Assembly (NCBI GenBank): GCA_945877115.1
Contig: CAMCQR010000002.1
Location: forward strand, 148-64,147
DNA length: 64,000 nucleotides
Origin: Synechococcus sp. UW140
Lineage (GTDB): Bacteria > Cyanobacteriota > Cyanobacteriia > PCC-6307 > Cyanobiaceae
Direction of reading: 5' to 3'
The first letter of the stretch is position 1; the number at the start of each line of letters is the position of its first letter. The translations under genes were made by a program, and so were the position numbers. Below, in pieces: positions 54,652 through 64,000 of the stretch. The notes under the pieces are model-generated. The model was not told where the DNA came from. It made no database searches and saw only the letters and a list, made by a program, of their open reading frames with translations.

Positions 54652-56139
54652 TTAAAGCTCGCCGAATCCCTTGCGCTTCTTGGCCGGTCGATTGGGCCGG
54701 GTCCCCGGAGCCCCGGGACTGCGGCCACCGGCCCCAGGGGCCCCGGCTCGGCCCATGCCAGGCATCCCACCCATGCCAGGCATGCCCCCCATGCCAGGCA
54801 TGCCGCCGCCCATGCCTGGCATTCCGGGCATGCCACCACCCCGGGTCATTTGCTGCATGAAGCCACGCATCTTCTGGAAGTCCGCCAGCACCTTGTCGAC
54901 ATCCGCCGGCTGATGGCCGCTCCCGGCGGCGATGCGCCGGCGGCGGGAGGGCTGGGAGGCCAGCAGTTCGGGCTGTTGCCGCTCGGTCTCGGTCATCGAA
55001 CCGATCATCGCCTCAATCTTCTTGAGTTGTTGCTCACCCTGTTTGAGCATGCCGTCGTCAATCTTGTTCATCCCGGGGATCAGCTTCATCAGACCGCCCA
55101 GGGAGCCCATGCGTTTGATCAGACGCATCTGCTGCAGGAAGTCAGAAAAATCAAAGGAGGCCTCTTGCAGTTTCTGCTGCATGCGGGCCACGTCGGCCAG
55201 CTCCACCTCCTTCTGGGCTTTCTCGACCAGGGTCAGCACATCGCCCATGCCCAGGATGCGGCTGGCCATCCGTTCGGGATGGAAGGGCTGCAGGGCCTCG
55301 ACCTTTTCGCCGGTACCGATGAATTTGATCGGGGCACCGCTCACCTTGCGGATCGAGAGAGCGGCCCCGCCCCGGGAGTCTCCATCCAGTTTGGTGAGGA
55401 CTGCCCCGGTGAGGCCCACCTGCTCGTGGAAGGCCCGGGTCAGTTCGGCTGCCTCCTGGCCAATCATCGAATCCACGACCAGCAGGACTTCGTCCGGGTG
55501 CACCGCTTCGCGGATGCGCACCATCTCTTCCATCATCGAGAGGTCGATCTGGAGGCGTCCAGCCGTGTCGACCAGCACCGTGTCGAAGCCCCCATCCCGA
55601 CCCTTCTGCACCCCGGCGGCGGCGATCTGCTCGGGGCTGGCCCCGTCCCCCAGGCTGAAGACTTCCACGCCGATCTGGCGGCCCAGGGTTTGCAGTTGGT
55701 CGATGGCCGCAGGCCGGTAGACATCGGCCGCCACCATCAGGGGGCGACGGCCTTGTTCCTTGAGATGGAGGCCCAGTTTGGCGGTGGCGGTGGTTTTGCC
55801 GGCCCCCTGCAGACCCGCCATCAGCACCACGGTCGGCTGGCCCGACTTCCCGGCAGGGGCGAGGGGGGCATTTGCACCGCCCATGGTCTCCACCAGCTGC
55901 TCATGCACCACCTGGATGAACTTCTGGTCGGGACTAATGCCACGCACCACCTCGGCGCCGATGGCCTTGCGGCGGACGTCCTCGACGAAATCCTTGACCA
56001 CCTGCAGGCTCACATCCGCCTCCAACAGGGCTCTGCGCACCTCCTTGAGGGCGCCGTCCACATTGGATTCGGAGATGCTGGCCTGGCCCTTGAGGTTCTT
56101 GACCGCGGCTTCGAAGCGCTGGGAAAGTTCGTCGAACAT
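54652..56139 (-). CDS. ffh: Signal recognition particle protein Ffh
   Basis: GLQGAGKTT, DTAGRLQID, TKLDGDSRGGAALS, RMASRILGMGD and M-domain with GGMPGM repeats. Confidence 0.98.
   Translation of the reverse strand: MFDELSQRFEAAVKNLKGQASISESNVDGALKEVRRALLEADVSLQVVKDFVEDVRRKAIGAEVVRGISPDQKFIQVVHEQLVETMGGANAPLAPAGKSGQPTVVLMAGLQGAGKTTATAKLGLHLKEQGRRPLMVAADVYRPAAIDQLQTLGRQIGVEVFSLGDGASPEQIAAAGVQKGRDGGFDTVLVDTAGRLQIDLSMMEEMVRIREAVHPDEVLLVVDSMIGQEAAELTRAFHEQVGLTGAVLTKLDGDSRGGAALSIRKVSGAPIKFIGTGEKVEALQPFHPERMASRILGMGDVLTLVEKAQKEVELADVARMQQKLQEASFDFSDFLQQMRLIKRMGSLGGLMKLIPGMNKIDDGMLKQGEQQLKKIEAMIGSMTETERQQPELLASQPSRRRRIAAGSGHQPADVDKVLADFQKMRGFMQQMTRGGGMPGMPGMGGGMPGMGGMPGMGGMPGMGRAGAPGAGGRSPGAPGTRPNRPAKKRKGFGEL
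54752..54840 (-). repeat. Coding GGMPGM repeats in the Ffh C-terminus
   Basis: About 5 degenerate units of CATGCC(A/T)GGCAT on the + strand. Confidence 0.7.
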
Positions 56140-56151
56140 CGGGGATTGGAA

Positions 56152-58329
56152 TCAGGGGGCCGGTTGGGTGGCGACAAGCCGCCAGGTCTGGCCGTCGCGG
56201 CCAAACACATAAATATTGCGCAGTGTGCTGGGTGCCGTGCGGGTCAGCACCTTGCCGTCAGAGCTGAGGCGACGATCGCTGTAGCTCATTTCCGCCAACA
56301 AGGCAATGCGGCTCGGAGATTGATTCTGGATGCGCACGCTCTTCACTTCCACATCGATTCCTTGGCGTTCGCCCCGTTCGGCATTGCGCTTTTGTTCGCT
56401 GGCGAGGCGGGCGATCGGCTCGGGCCGGGCGAGGCGCTCCAGGTCCGATGGCATGGGTGCGCCGCCCAAAACCGAGCGTTTCGTGGCCAACCATTGGTCC
56501 AGCAGGGTCCGCAGTTCAGCTGCGCTGGGTTGGTCCGTGTTGAGGGGGGAGGGTTGGGGGCTGGTCGGGGTGGGGGCTGGGGCGCTGGCTGCCTCGGTCG
56601 CCGCGGGTTGGATGACAGCTGGGGGGGGAGGTTGAACAGGCTCGCGCTGAACGACGGGGGTGGGCAGGGCCGGAGCTAACACCGCCGGGGCCTTCGGTCG
56701 ATGGCGCATCCAGCCGATTGCCAACAGGAGTCCGCCCAGTGCCGCCACGGCCGGCACGACCCAGGGGAGCAGCCGGTTCCAGCCCCCTTGCCCCTGGTTG
56801 CGCCAGGGGTTCGTCAGTTGGTCACGCCAGCGGGCCAACGGCCAGTCCAGGGCGACTTCATCAAGATCATCCTCTTCTTCGTCGTTTTCTTCACTCCGAT
56901 CAAGGGGCGCCGACCCCCCCCAGCTGAATCGGGAGCGCCAGGAATCGTCTTTGACCGCGGCAGGATCCGTTGCTGCAGGGGAGTCGCCGGAGGCATCGCT
57001 GGGGCGGGAGCTGGCGGCTGGGGTCCCGAAGGGGGAGTTGAGGGTGGCCTGGGCCCAGGCTGTAAATCCTGAGAAATCCCCCTTGGTTGGCGACTCCAGC
57101 CACTGCGGTGGAGAGACCGGCGCCGGCGCGGCGGGGGCCGTGAAGGATCGACCCTGACGACGGTCCTCCCGCTCCACCCAGGTCCGCACATCGCGATCGT
57201 TGAAGTACGCCTCCAGATCGGGCTCCGCCTCGAGGTCCCGGTAGCCGGGCAGCACATCCCGAGCCAGCCATTCCCGGCACCAGGCGCACAGTTGGCCCAG
57301 GGGGTCATCCTGGCCCTGGCGTTCGGCCCAGGCTTTCAAGTCCGGCGAGGCACCTGCTTCGAAGCAGGTGCGGGCTGCCCCCACATCTCCCAAAAGCAGA
57401 TGCAGATTGGCCAGCATTGTGGGGTGCTGGGCCGGGTCGGCAGCCAACAACCGTTGTCGGGCCTCCGCGATGCGGTCTGGCTTGCGCTGGGCAAAACCTG
57501 AGGCTGTCAGAACGGTGCTGGCCATCAGCTCAGCGGCGGCAGATCCCTGCCGGGACCAGCGGTTGAAGAGGTCCAGTTGTTCCTGCAGCGTCAGAAAACA
57601 GCGGATCTGGCGGAAGAAGGCCTCGAACTGCGTCAAGGTGAAGTTTGGGTCGGCTTCGCCTTCGAGCCCGCCGCGGCGCTGGACAAGTTCCTCAAGGAGC
57701 GCCAGACCTTCCTGCCTTTCCTTGACGGCGGTGGCGTCGCGGCTGAGCAGATCGAGCACCCGGTAGGGGGCCATCTGTTCAAGGGCCTGGCGCATGTTCT
57801 CCCGCAGTTCCGGCCTTTGACCCATGCGTTGCAGCAACAGCAATCCGTCTTCGAGGGTCTGGGCGGCACTTTGGTAATGGCGTCGATCCTCAAGATCCCT
57901 GGCTGCGGCTAAACAGGCCTGGCCGGCGAGTTGGGTCAGGTCGGCCTCGCGACCACTGCCTAGGGCGGGGGCCTGGGGGGGCTGGAGGTTGCGGCGGGCC
58001 AGGTTGAAGCATTCCAGCGGTTGTCCGGCCTCTAGCAACAGCAGCAGGCCAGCCGCCTCCTTGGAGGAGGGCAATTCAAGGGCGGCAATCATGGGTTCCC
58101 CAGCCGTGCCCAGGGCCGTGAGGGCGGCTTCGTAGGCGGGGCGACGGTTGCCGTCGCTAAGCATTTCGGCACTGGAACGCAGCAGGTCCGCTCGGGCCTG
58201 AAGCGTTTCCTCGGTATAGGCCTGGGCCGGAGGGCGATCGAGCCGCAGCTGAAGGGTGCGCAGCACCGTCTGGGCGTCAGCCGCCGGGCTGACACCGAGC
58301 AGACGGAAATGGTCAATGGGCAGATCCAA
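56152..58329 (-). CDS. ftn2: Cell division protein Ftn2/ZipN (ARC6 homologue; J-like domain + DUF4101)
   Basis: LPIDHFRLLGV N-terminal J-like domain, TM, and C-terminal IMS/DUF4101 domain (YVFGRDGQTWRL). Confidence 0.9.
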   Translation of the reverse strand: MDLPIDHFRLLGVSPAADAQTVLRTLQLRLDRPPAQAYTEETLQARADLLRSSAEMLSDGNRRPAYEAALTALGTAGEPMIAALELPSSKEAAGLLLLLEAGQPLECFNLARRNLQPPQAPALGSGREADLTQLAGQACLAAARDLEDRRHYQSAAQTLEDGLLLLQRMGQRPELRENMRQALEQMAPYRVLDLLSRDATAVKERQEGLALLEELVQRRGGLEGEADPNFTLTQFEAFFRQIRCFLTLQEQLDLFNRWSRQGSAAAELMASTVLTASGFAQRKPDRIAEARQRLLAADPAQHPTMLANLHLLLGDVGAARTCFEAGASPDLKAWAERQGQDDPLGQLCAWCREWLARDVLPGYRDLEAEPDLEAYFNDRDVRTWVEREDRRQGRSFTAPAAPAPVSPPQWLESPTKGDFSGFTAWAQATLNSPFGTPAASSRPSDASGDSPAATDPAAVKDDSWRSRFSWGGSAPLDRSEENDEEEDDLDEVALDWPLARWRDQLTNPWRNQGQGGWNRLLPWVVPAVAALGGLLLAIGWMRHRPKAPAVLAPALPTPVVQREPVQPPPPAVIQPAATEAASAPAPTPTSPQPSPLNTDQPSAAELRTLLDQWLATKRSVLGGAPMPSDLERLARPEPIARLASEQKRNAERGERQGIDVEVKSVRIQNQSPSRIALLAEMSYSDRRLSSDGKVLTRTAPSTLRNIYVFGRDGQTWRLVATQPAP

Positions 58330-58437
58330 CCCAGAGGGGTGCCGGAGCCGCGACTGTAGTCAGTGGCAGCGGTTTTGACCGTTGCCGCAGGACGGACCCC
58401 GTACAGTCGCCCCCAGCGATGCCCTAGTGCGACTGTC

Positions 58438-59559
58438 ATGAGCCAGGAACTCACTGCTGCCCTGCCTTCCGAACCCATCATGGCCGCCCAGGTGGTTCCA
58501 CCACCGGCACCGCCCCACGAGGCGGGGCTCCATGCCGAGCGGGCCGAACGTCTGGTGTCGCTCCAACCGGCAATCGTGGGCCGCGATGAGGGCCTGATGC
58601 TTTATCGCGACATGACCCTGGGTCGGCGCTTCGAAGATAAATGTGCCGAAATGTATTACCGCGGCAAGATGTTTGGCTTCGTCCACCTCTACAACGGCCA
58701 GGAAGCCGTATCCACCGGTGTGATTCGCGCCATGCGCTTGCAACATGACTGGTTCTGCAGTACTTACCGCGACCACGTTCATGCCCTCAGTTGTGGGGTG
58801 CCGGCCCGGGAGGTGATGAGTGAGTTGTTTGGCAAGGTCACCGGCTGCAGCAAGGGCCGAGGCGGCTCCATGCATCTTTTTTCCCGCGAACACCATCTGT
58901 TGGGGGGTTACGCCTTCATTGGTGAGGGCATTCCCGTGGCGATGGGGGCCGCTTTTGCCAGTCGCTACCGCCGAGATGCCCTAGGTCAGGCAGATAGTGA
59001 TTCGGTCACGGCGGCCTTTTTCGGGGATGGAACTTGCAATGTGGGCCAGTTCTATGAATGCCTCAACATGGCGGCTCTTTGGAAATTGCCGATCCTTTTC
59101 GTAGTCGAGAATAATAGTTGGGGCATTGGTATGGACCACAATCGGGCCACCAGCCATACGGAAATCTGGCGTAAAGCTGACGCGTTCGGCATGGTCGGCG
59201 AAGAAGTCGATGGCATGGATGTGCTGGCGGTTCGCGGCGCTGCCCAGCGGGCCATCGCCAGAGCCCGTGCTGGCGATGGCCCCACCCTGCTCGAATGTCT
59301 TACCTATCGCTTCCGGGGCCATTCCTTGGCTGATCCCGATGAGCTGCGCTCCCAGACCGAAAAGGAATTCTGGACGAAGCGTGATCCCATCAAGGCTTTG
59401 GCAGCCCATCTCCTGGCTGAAGGCAAGGCCACGGAAGCGGAGTTGCGGCAGATCGAGCTTGAGGTCGATGCCGAGGTAGATGATTGTGTCACCTTCGCCT
59501 TGGCTGCGCCTGAACCTGATCCCAGCGAACTCACCCGTTATATCTGGGCCGAAGATTGA
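58438..59559 (+). CDS. pdhA: Pyruvate dehydrogenase E1 alpha subunit
   Basis: [32 protein letters not shown] (TPP binding) and [12 protein letters not shown] motifs. Confidence 0.97.
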   Translation: MSQELTAALPSEPIMAAQVVPPPAPPHEAGLHAERAERLVSLQPAIVGRDEGLMLYRDMTLGRRFEDKCAEMYYRGKMFGFVHLYNGQEAVSTGVIRAMRLQHDWFCSTYRDHVHALSCGVPAREVMSELFGKVTGCSKGRGGSMHLFSREHHLLGGYAFIGEGIPVAMGAAFASRYRRDALGQADSDSVTAAFFGDGTCNVGQFYECLNMAALWKLPILFVVENNSWGIGMDHNRATSHTEIWRKADAFGMVGEEVDGMDVLAVRGAAQRAIARARAGDGPTLLECLTYRFRGHSLADPDELRSQTEKEFWTKRDPIKALAAHLLAEGKATEAELRQIELEVDAEVDDCVTFALAAPEPDPSELTRYIWAED

Positions 59560-59566
59560 ATTGAAC

Positions 59567-60505
59567 TCAGATCGCTACAGGTACTTTGCGGGTCATGTGC
59601 CTGAGTTTGCGTAGTGCTTTGAGTTCTACTTGGCGAATGCGCTCCCGTGAAACTTCTAGGTGGCGCCCAATGTCGGCGAGGGTATGGCGATTATGACCAT
59701 CTAGTCCGAAGCGCAGGGAGAGTACCTCCCGTTCCTGCTCGTTGAGGTGGCTGAGCCAACGAGACAGTTGTTCATTGTCAATCCCCCGCTCCACCTGCTC
59801 GAGCGGACTTTCCGCCCTGGAATCAGCAATCAGATCAACCAAGCAACTGTTGCCCTCGTCTGCCTTGATCGGGGCGTCAAGACTTGATGTGGTCAAGGAT
59901 TGCCGCAGCACCGAATCCAGCTCCTCGATGGGCATATCAATCGCTTCGGCGATTTCCTGGCGACTGGGCATGGCTCCGAGTTTTTGGGCAAGATCCAGGC
60001 TGACCTTACGGATCGTGGTCAGCCGTTCACTCAGGTGAACAGGCAAACGAATCGTGCGGGATTGGCAGGCGATGGCCCGGGTCATGCTCTGGCGAATCCA
60101 CCAAAAGGCATAGGTGGAAAACTTATAACCACGGCTTGGATCAAATTTTTCTACAGCACGCTCAAGTCCCAGGGAACCCTCTTGGATGAGATCAAGCAGT
60201 TCTAGGCCTTTGCCTTGATATTTCTTGGCGATGCTAACGACAAGTCGTAGATTGGCCTTGATCATGCGATCTTTTGCCCGGCGACCAACGCGAATTATTT
60301 TTAATTCTTGTACGGAGTATTCATTGGATTCAGTTGCTATCAGTCCCATCATCTTCTGAACCTGGTTTCCCAGTTCAATCTCCTCGCTAGGTGTCAGCAG
60401 GGGCTCTCTGCCGATGGAGGCCAAGTACCAAGTTATTGAATCGCTGCTTCTGAGGCCTGATGCTTCGCGCCCTTTGGAAGGAGGGGCGGATTGCGAGACG
60501 GTCAT
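59567..60505 (-). CDS. RpoD-family (group 2-type) sigma-70 factor
   Basis: DSITWYLASIGR, ANLRLVVSIAKKY, DLIQEGSLGL, KFSTYAFWWIRQ and VSRERIRQVE. No region 1.1. Confidence 0.93.
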   Translation of the reverse strand: MTVSQSAPPSKGREASGLRSSDSITWYLASIGREPLLTPSEEIELGNQVQKMMGLIATESNEYSVQELKIIRVGRRAKDRMIKANLRLVVSIAKKYQGKGLELLDLIQEGSLGLERAVEKFDPSRGYKFSTYAFWWIRQSMTRAIACQSRTIRLPVHLSERLTTIRKVSLDLAQKLGAMPSRQEIAEAIDMPIEELDSVLRQSLTTSSLDAPIKADEGNSCLVDLIADSRAESPLEQVERGIDNEQLSRWLSHLNEQEREVLSLRFGLDGHNRHTLADIGRHLEVSRERIRQVELKALRKLRHMTRKVPVAI

Positions 60506-60641
60506 GGCGACAGCTGATTGGTACGCAACTATCGGTGCCAAGTCAGCAATTGATCCACTTTTTCAGGAATTTTTTAGGTTTGATCCAGAATGAATGCTGA
60601 TTTCCGCACTTCATCGGTTTCAGTTAGTTCTTCTAAAGAAA

Positions 60642-62339
60642 TTATGTAGAAGTTTCTTTTGTTTTTCTTAGGTTTCTCCCGGTTGGCGTCCCCGTTGGCG
60701 ATGGCCTGGCTAGGCCAGAGGCCAAATTGTGCGCCACGGCCAGGGGCTCGGTGCCTGCGGGTCCAGGGTGTTGGCCTACCCGGCATCCCGCCAGGGCGTG
60801 ATTCAGGGCCGCCGCCGCCAGCATCTCGGCGTCCAGGCCGCCTTGGGACAGGGACCGGGCCCCCATGCCCGCGGCATAGCCGGCCAGCACATCCCCCAAT
60901 CCGGCCCGGGCGACAGCAGGGCAGGCCTCCAGGAGTTGCCATCGCCGCCCGTCGGCGGCGGCGATGGCGCTGCGCGCGCCTTTCAACAGCACGGTGGCCC
61001 CGCAGGTCTGGGCTGCGGCAAGGCTGGCCTCCAGGGCCGGCAGCTCGGCCAGATCGGGAAATAACCGGCCGAATTCGCCCCGATGGGGGGTCAGCCAGGT
61101 GGGTCCGCTCCTGCGGCGAAGCCAGGCAAGGGCGCCATCGGCATGGTGGGAGTCCCGGTCGGCCAGGCGATTGAGGCCATCGGCATCCAGGACCAGAAGC
61201 CCCTCAAAGGCGCCCAGCTGCTCCCAGGCGCTGGTTTCGCTGGGGGGGGTGAAAGCGCTGTTTGGGTTCGGGCGTCCAATCCCTGGGCCCAGCAAAACGG
61301 CATCCAGACGCTCCACCCCATCCAGCTCCAGCGCCGCCAGGTCCAGCCCCCCCATCTCCGTGGCCCCCAGGCCCTGGCGAACCACCACATGGGGCAGCAG
61401 GGTCCAGAGGTCAGCGGCCATTTCGGTGGCGATCGACGCCTGCAGGCTGCCGCAACCGCTGGCGGAGGCGCCGGCGAGGGCCAGGTGGGCCGCCCCCAGA
61501 TAGCGACGGCTGCCGGCCACCACCAGCAATCGCCCCCGTTTGTATTTGGAGGCTGCGGGATCGGGCCCCTGCCAGTCGTTCCCAGGGGCCCCAGACGCAG
61601 CGGCATAACAGTGGGCATCGCTTGCCCCCAGGGCGAGGGCACAGTCCGCCAGGCCGGTGAGCTCCTGGAGGGGTAGGCCCAAATCAATTCGTTCCAGGCG
61701 ACCGACATGGGCCAGGGCCGGATCCTGGATCAGCCCCTGTTTGATCAAGCCAAGGCAGAAGGTGATGGCGGCCGTCGCGGCCCCCTGGCCGAGACGCCTG
61801 CCCGTATCCGCGCACAGGCCGGTCGGGCAATCGATGGAGACCAGGGCCCCTGGGCGCTGTCGCTGCCGTTCGATCAGCAGCTGTTCCACCTTCTCCCCCG
61901 GGGGCCGGCGCTGGCCGATGCCGAAGATCGCATCCACCCAGAGATGGGGTTGGCAGGGATCGGGAGGGTCCGACAGTTCCGGCAGTCCAAGCCAGCGCCC
62001 GTGGCGCCAATGGGCTGCTGTCAAAGGTCGCTGGGTTGGATAAGGCCGCCAGAGCCGCACCGCCAGCCCCGCCAGGTGCAGTTCGCGAGCCACCACAAGA
62101 CCATCACCGCCGTTATGGCCCGGGCCGACCAGGACCAGGATCCCGCCAGCGGCCAGCCGCTGCCAGGCCGGTTGCCTCAGCACCTTCAGTAGCCGTCGGC
62201 TGATGGCCAGGCCAGCCTTTTCCATCAGAGCTTCGACGGGCATGCCACTGTCGAAGAGCGTTTTTTCCAGGTCCTGGAGCTGGGCGCCAGTCACGAGCAG
62301 GTGTTCGGCGTCCCGTGCTGGCCATGGGGGAGAGACCAT
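60642..62339 (-). CDS. nnr: NAD(P)H-hydrate epimerase/dehydratase (Nnr/YjeF)
   Basis: [52 protein letters not shown] and AGLGDVLAG motifs. Confidence 0.93.
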   Translation of the reverse strand: MVSPPWPARDAEHLLVTGAQLQDLEKTLFDSGMPVEALMEKAGLAISRRLLKVLRQPAWQRLAAGGILVLVGPGHNGGDGLVVARELHLAGLAVRLWRPYPTQRPLTAAHWRHGRWLGLPELSDPPDPCQPHLWVDAIFGIGQRRPPGEKVEQLLIERQRQRPGALVSIDCPTGLCADTGRRLGQGAATAAITFCLGLIKQGLIQDPALAHVGRLERIDLGLPLQELTGLADCALALGASDAHCYAAASGAPGNDWQGPDPAASKYKRGRLLVVAGSRRYLGAAHLALAGASASGCGSLQASIATEMAADLWTLLPHVVVRQGLGATEMGGLDLAALELDGVERLDAVLLGPGIGRPNPNSAFTPPSETSAWEQLGAFEGLLVLDADGLNRLADRDSHHADGALAWLRRRSGPTWLTPHRGEFGRLFPDLAELPALEASLAAAQTCGATVLLKGARSAIAAADGRRWQLLEACPAVARAGLGDVLAGYAAGMGARSLSQGGLDAEMLAAAALNHALAGCRVGQHPGPAGTEPLAVAHNLASGLARPSPTGTPTGRNLRKTKETST

Positions 62340-62366
62340 CCCTTTCGACAACCCGGGCTTGCGCCC

Positions 62367-63554
62367 ATGATGGGCCTCTCGCCTTTGTTTGTCTCCGTGT
62401 CGCCCCTTGCCCTCATCCCCGTCACTGAGGCGGGAGGCACCGTGCTGAGCCAGCTGCGCACCTGGCCGGGCGACCATCAGGTGGCCATTGGCCTGTCTGG
62501 CGGGGTGGACAGCTCCTTGGCAGCGGCCCTGCTGGTGGCAGCCGGTTGGCAGGTCGAGGGGCTCACCCTCTGGTTGATGAGTGGTAAAGGAGCCTGCTGC
62601 GCCGAGGGTCTGGTGGATGCAACGGCTATCTGTGACCAATTAGGCATCGTCCATCACGTGGTCGATGCCCGCGACACCTTCAGGGCTGAGATCGTCGATT
62701 TTCTGGTGGAGGGTTATCAGGCCGGTGTGACGCCCCTGCCCTGTTCGCGCTGCAATCGCCAGGTCAAGTTTGGCCCGATGCTGGAGTGGGCCCAGCGCGA
62801 ACGGGGGCTGCCACGGTTGGCCACGGGCCATTACGCCCGCCTACGCCATGGACAGCAGGGCGGCGAACGGCATCAGCTTTTGCGGGGCCTGGATCGTCAC
62901 AAGGACCAGAGTTATTTCCTCTACGACTTGCCCCAGGAGGTCCTGGCGCGCCTCGTTTTTCCCCTCGGGGAAATGGGTAAGCCCGAAACCCGCGCCGAGG
63001 CGGCAGCCCTTGGGTTACGGACCGCTGAGAAACCGGAAAGCATGGATCTCTGTCTGGCCGACCACCATGGTTCGATGCGGGCTTTTCTGGATGCTTATCT
63101 GCCGCCACGGCAGGGTCAGGTCGTTCTGGCCGACGGCACGGTGATCGGCGAGCACGATGGGATTGAGCACTTCACCATGGGTCAGCGTCGCGGTCTTGGG
63201 ATCGCCTGGAGTGAACCCCTCCATGTCATCGGCTTGGAGGCCACCACCAACCGGGTGGTGGTGGCTCCCCGGGCCCAGGCTTCTCGGCAGGACTGTGGGG
63301 TCGGGGCCGTGAACTGGGTTTCCATCGACCCCCCCCAAGCGCCCCTGCGGGTGCAGGTTCAGTTGCGCTATCGCAGTGAACCCGTGGCTGCCCTGCTGAC
63401 GCCGATGTCCTGCCAGGAGTCCGATCGTCAGGCGGGACGTCCCTACCATTGCCGGCTTGATTTCGATGCGGATCAGTTTTCGATCACCCCAGGTCAGGCG
63501 GCTGTTTTTTACGAACAGGACAAACTGCTGGGTGGTGGTTTGATCCATCTTTAA
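62367..63554 (+). CDS. mnmA: tRNA-specific 2-thiouridylase MnmA
   Basis: [37 protein letters not shown] and [10 protein letters not shown] motifs. Start uncertain: ATG 62367, or GTG 62442 with a GGAGG upstream. Confidence 0.96.
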   Translation: MMGLSPLFVSVSPLALIPVTEAGGTVLSQLRTWPGDHQVAIGLSGGVDSSLAAALLVAAGWQVEGLTLWLMSGKGACCAEGLVDATAICDQLGIVHHVVDARDTFRAEIVDFLVEGYQAGVTPLPCSRCNRQVKFGPMLEWAQRERGLPRLATGHYARLRHGQQGGERHQLLRGLDRHKDQSYFLYDLPQEVLARLVFPLGEMGKPETRAEAAALGLRTAEKPESMDLCLADHHGSMRAFLDAYLPPRQGQVVLADGTVIGEHDGIEHFTMGQRRGLGIAWSEPLHVIGLEATTNRVVVAPRAQASRQDCGVGAVNWVSIDPPQAPLRVQVQLRYRSEPVAALLTPMSCQESDRQAGRPYHCRLDFDADQFSITPGQAAVFYEQDKLLGGGLIHL

Positions 63555-63608
63555 GCTGCCCCATTCAACTTCCCATCGATACCAAACCAAAAGGCTGCTT
63601 TATTGGTG

Positions 63609-64000
63609 ATGCCGATTCGAACCTGTGCCGTTATTTCGACGGATTATCTTGATAAAGATGTCTATCTCAATATCGAGCTTTTTTATATCCTTGCTGGATA
63701 TCGCGTTTTTGTCTGGTCCCGCTCCTCGGCGTCCACTTACCGGCTTCCCGATCTCATTGTGATGTTGCGGGGCGACCCGGGCAAGGACTGGGTCGATTAC
63801 GGCGGTCCCGTGCATGTCTATGACTATGTCAAGGAGCTGGAGATCGATTGGAACGATCGCTTTCCCCATGCCAGTCGCTTGGAGCGCATCAGCTTGGAAG
63901 GGGGAGATGTCACCGGCTACCTGCCTGTGTTCCCGGAGATCTGGCGGCGATCCTTCTCCCGTAAGAATTCCCGCCCGGTCCATTTGTCCAATTACAAACC
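63609..64000 (+). CDS. Hypothetical protein, 3'-truncated (not in the ORF track)
   Basis: My translation is open to the window end: MPIRTCAVISTDYLDKDVYLNIELFYILAGYRVFVW...VHVYDYVKE...PVHLSNYK. Confidence 0.65.
   Translation, partial: MPIRTCAVISTDYLDKDVYLNIELFYILAGYRVFVWSRSSASTYRLPDLIVMLRGDPGKDWVDYGGPVHVYDYVKELEIDWNDRFPHASRLERISLEGGDVTGYLPVFPEIWRRSFSRKNSRPVHLSNYK

Noticed and set aside
54307-56679. 790-aa + strand ORF
   Set aside because: It lies antisense to rpsP, ffh and ftn2. Long stop-free shadow frames are expected opposite high-GC genes, and it has no recognisable motifs.
58350-58410. Possible NtcA box between ftn2 and pdhA
   Set aside because: No GTA-N8-TAC is present. There are only TACAGT -10-like hexamers on each strand, without correctly spaced -35 elements.

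Overview
Picocyanobacterial (Cyanobium/Synechococcus-like) chromosomal window; the taxonomy is inferred from ftn2/ARC6, a CpcS-type bilin lyase, cpmA/larB, the long cyanobacterial thiE, DUF1517 and cyanoexosortase. Positions 1-~31.9 kb hold a large surface-polysaccharide locus. It has a tightly coupled + strand operon of about 13 glycosyltransferase genes (one a GT2-GT4 fusion), a Wzy-like polymerase, an RfbE-like CDP-sugar epimerase, an AsnB-like amidotransferase, a NodU/CmcH carbamoyltransferase, and a WbpL/WecA-like initiating transferase plus a CapD/WbpM dehydratase. An AT-rich module follows: cyanoexosortase A and its partner, a dual-specificity protein phosphatase tail-to-tail with a Wzc tyrosine kinase, Wza with a poly-Asn tail, a Pro/Ala-rich protein and a small beta-barrel OMP. 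Positions ~32-64 kb are GC-rich core genome: era, cpcS-like, an in-frame trmD-ispF fusion, larB/cpmA, DUF1517, thiS, thiE, ribF, surE, pheS, NAD kinase, a pseudo-receiver regulator, cbiET, an OafA-like acetyltransferase, GH116, ribD, a BI-1 protein, phoH, rpsP, ffh, ftn2, pdhA, a sigma-70 factor, nnr and mnmA. I saw no rRNA, tRNA, CRISPR array, transposase or integrase. All assignments come from motif recognition by eye; no database search was run. The best candidate for an under-described system is the EPS-embedded exosortase, DSP phosphatase, BY-kinase and OPX/beta-barrel module (23.9-31.9 kb), which has no PEP-CTERM substrate in the window.
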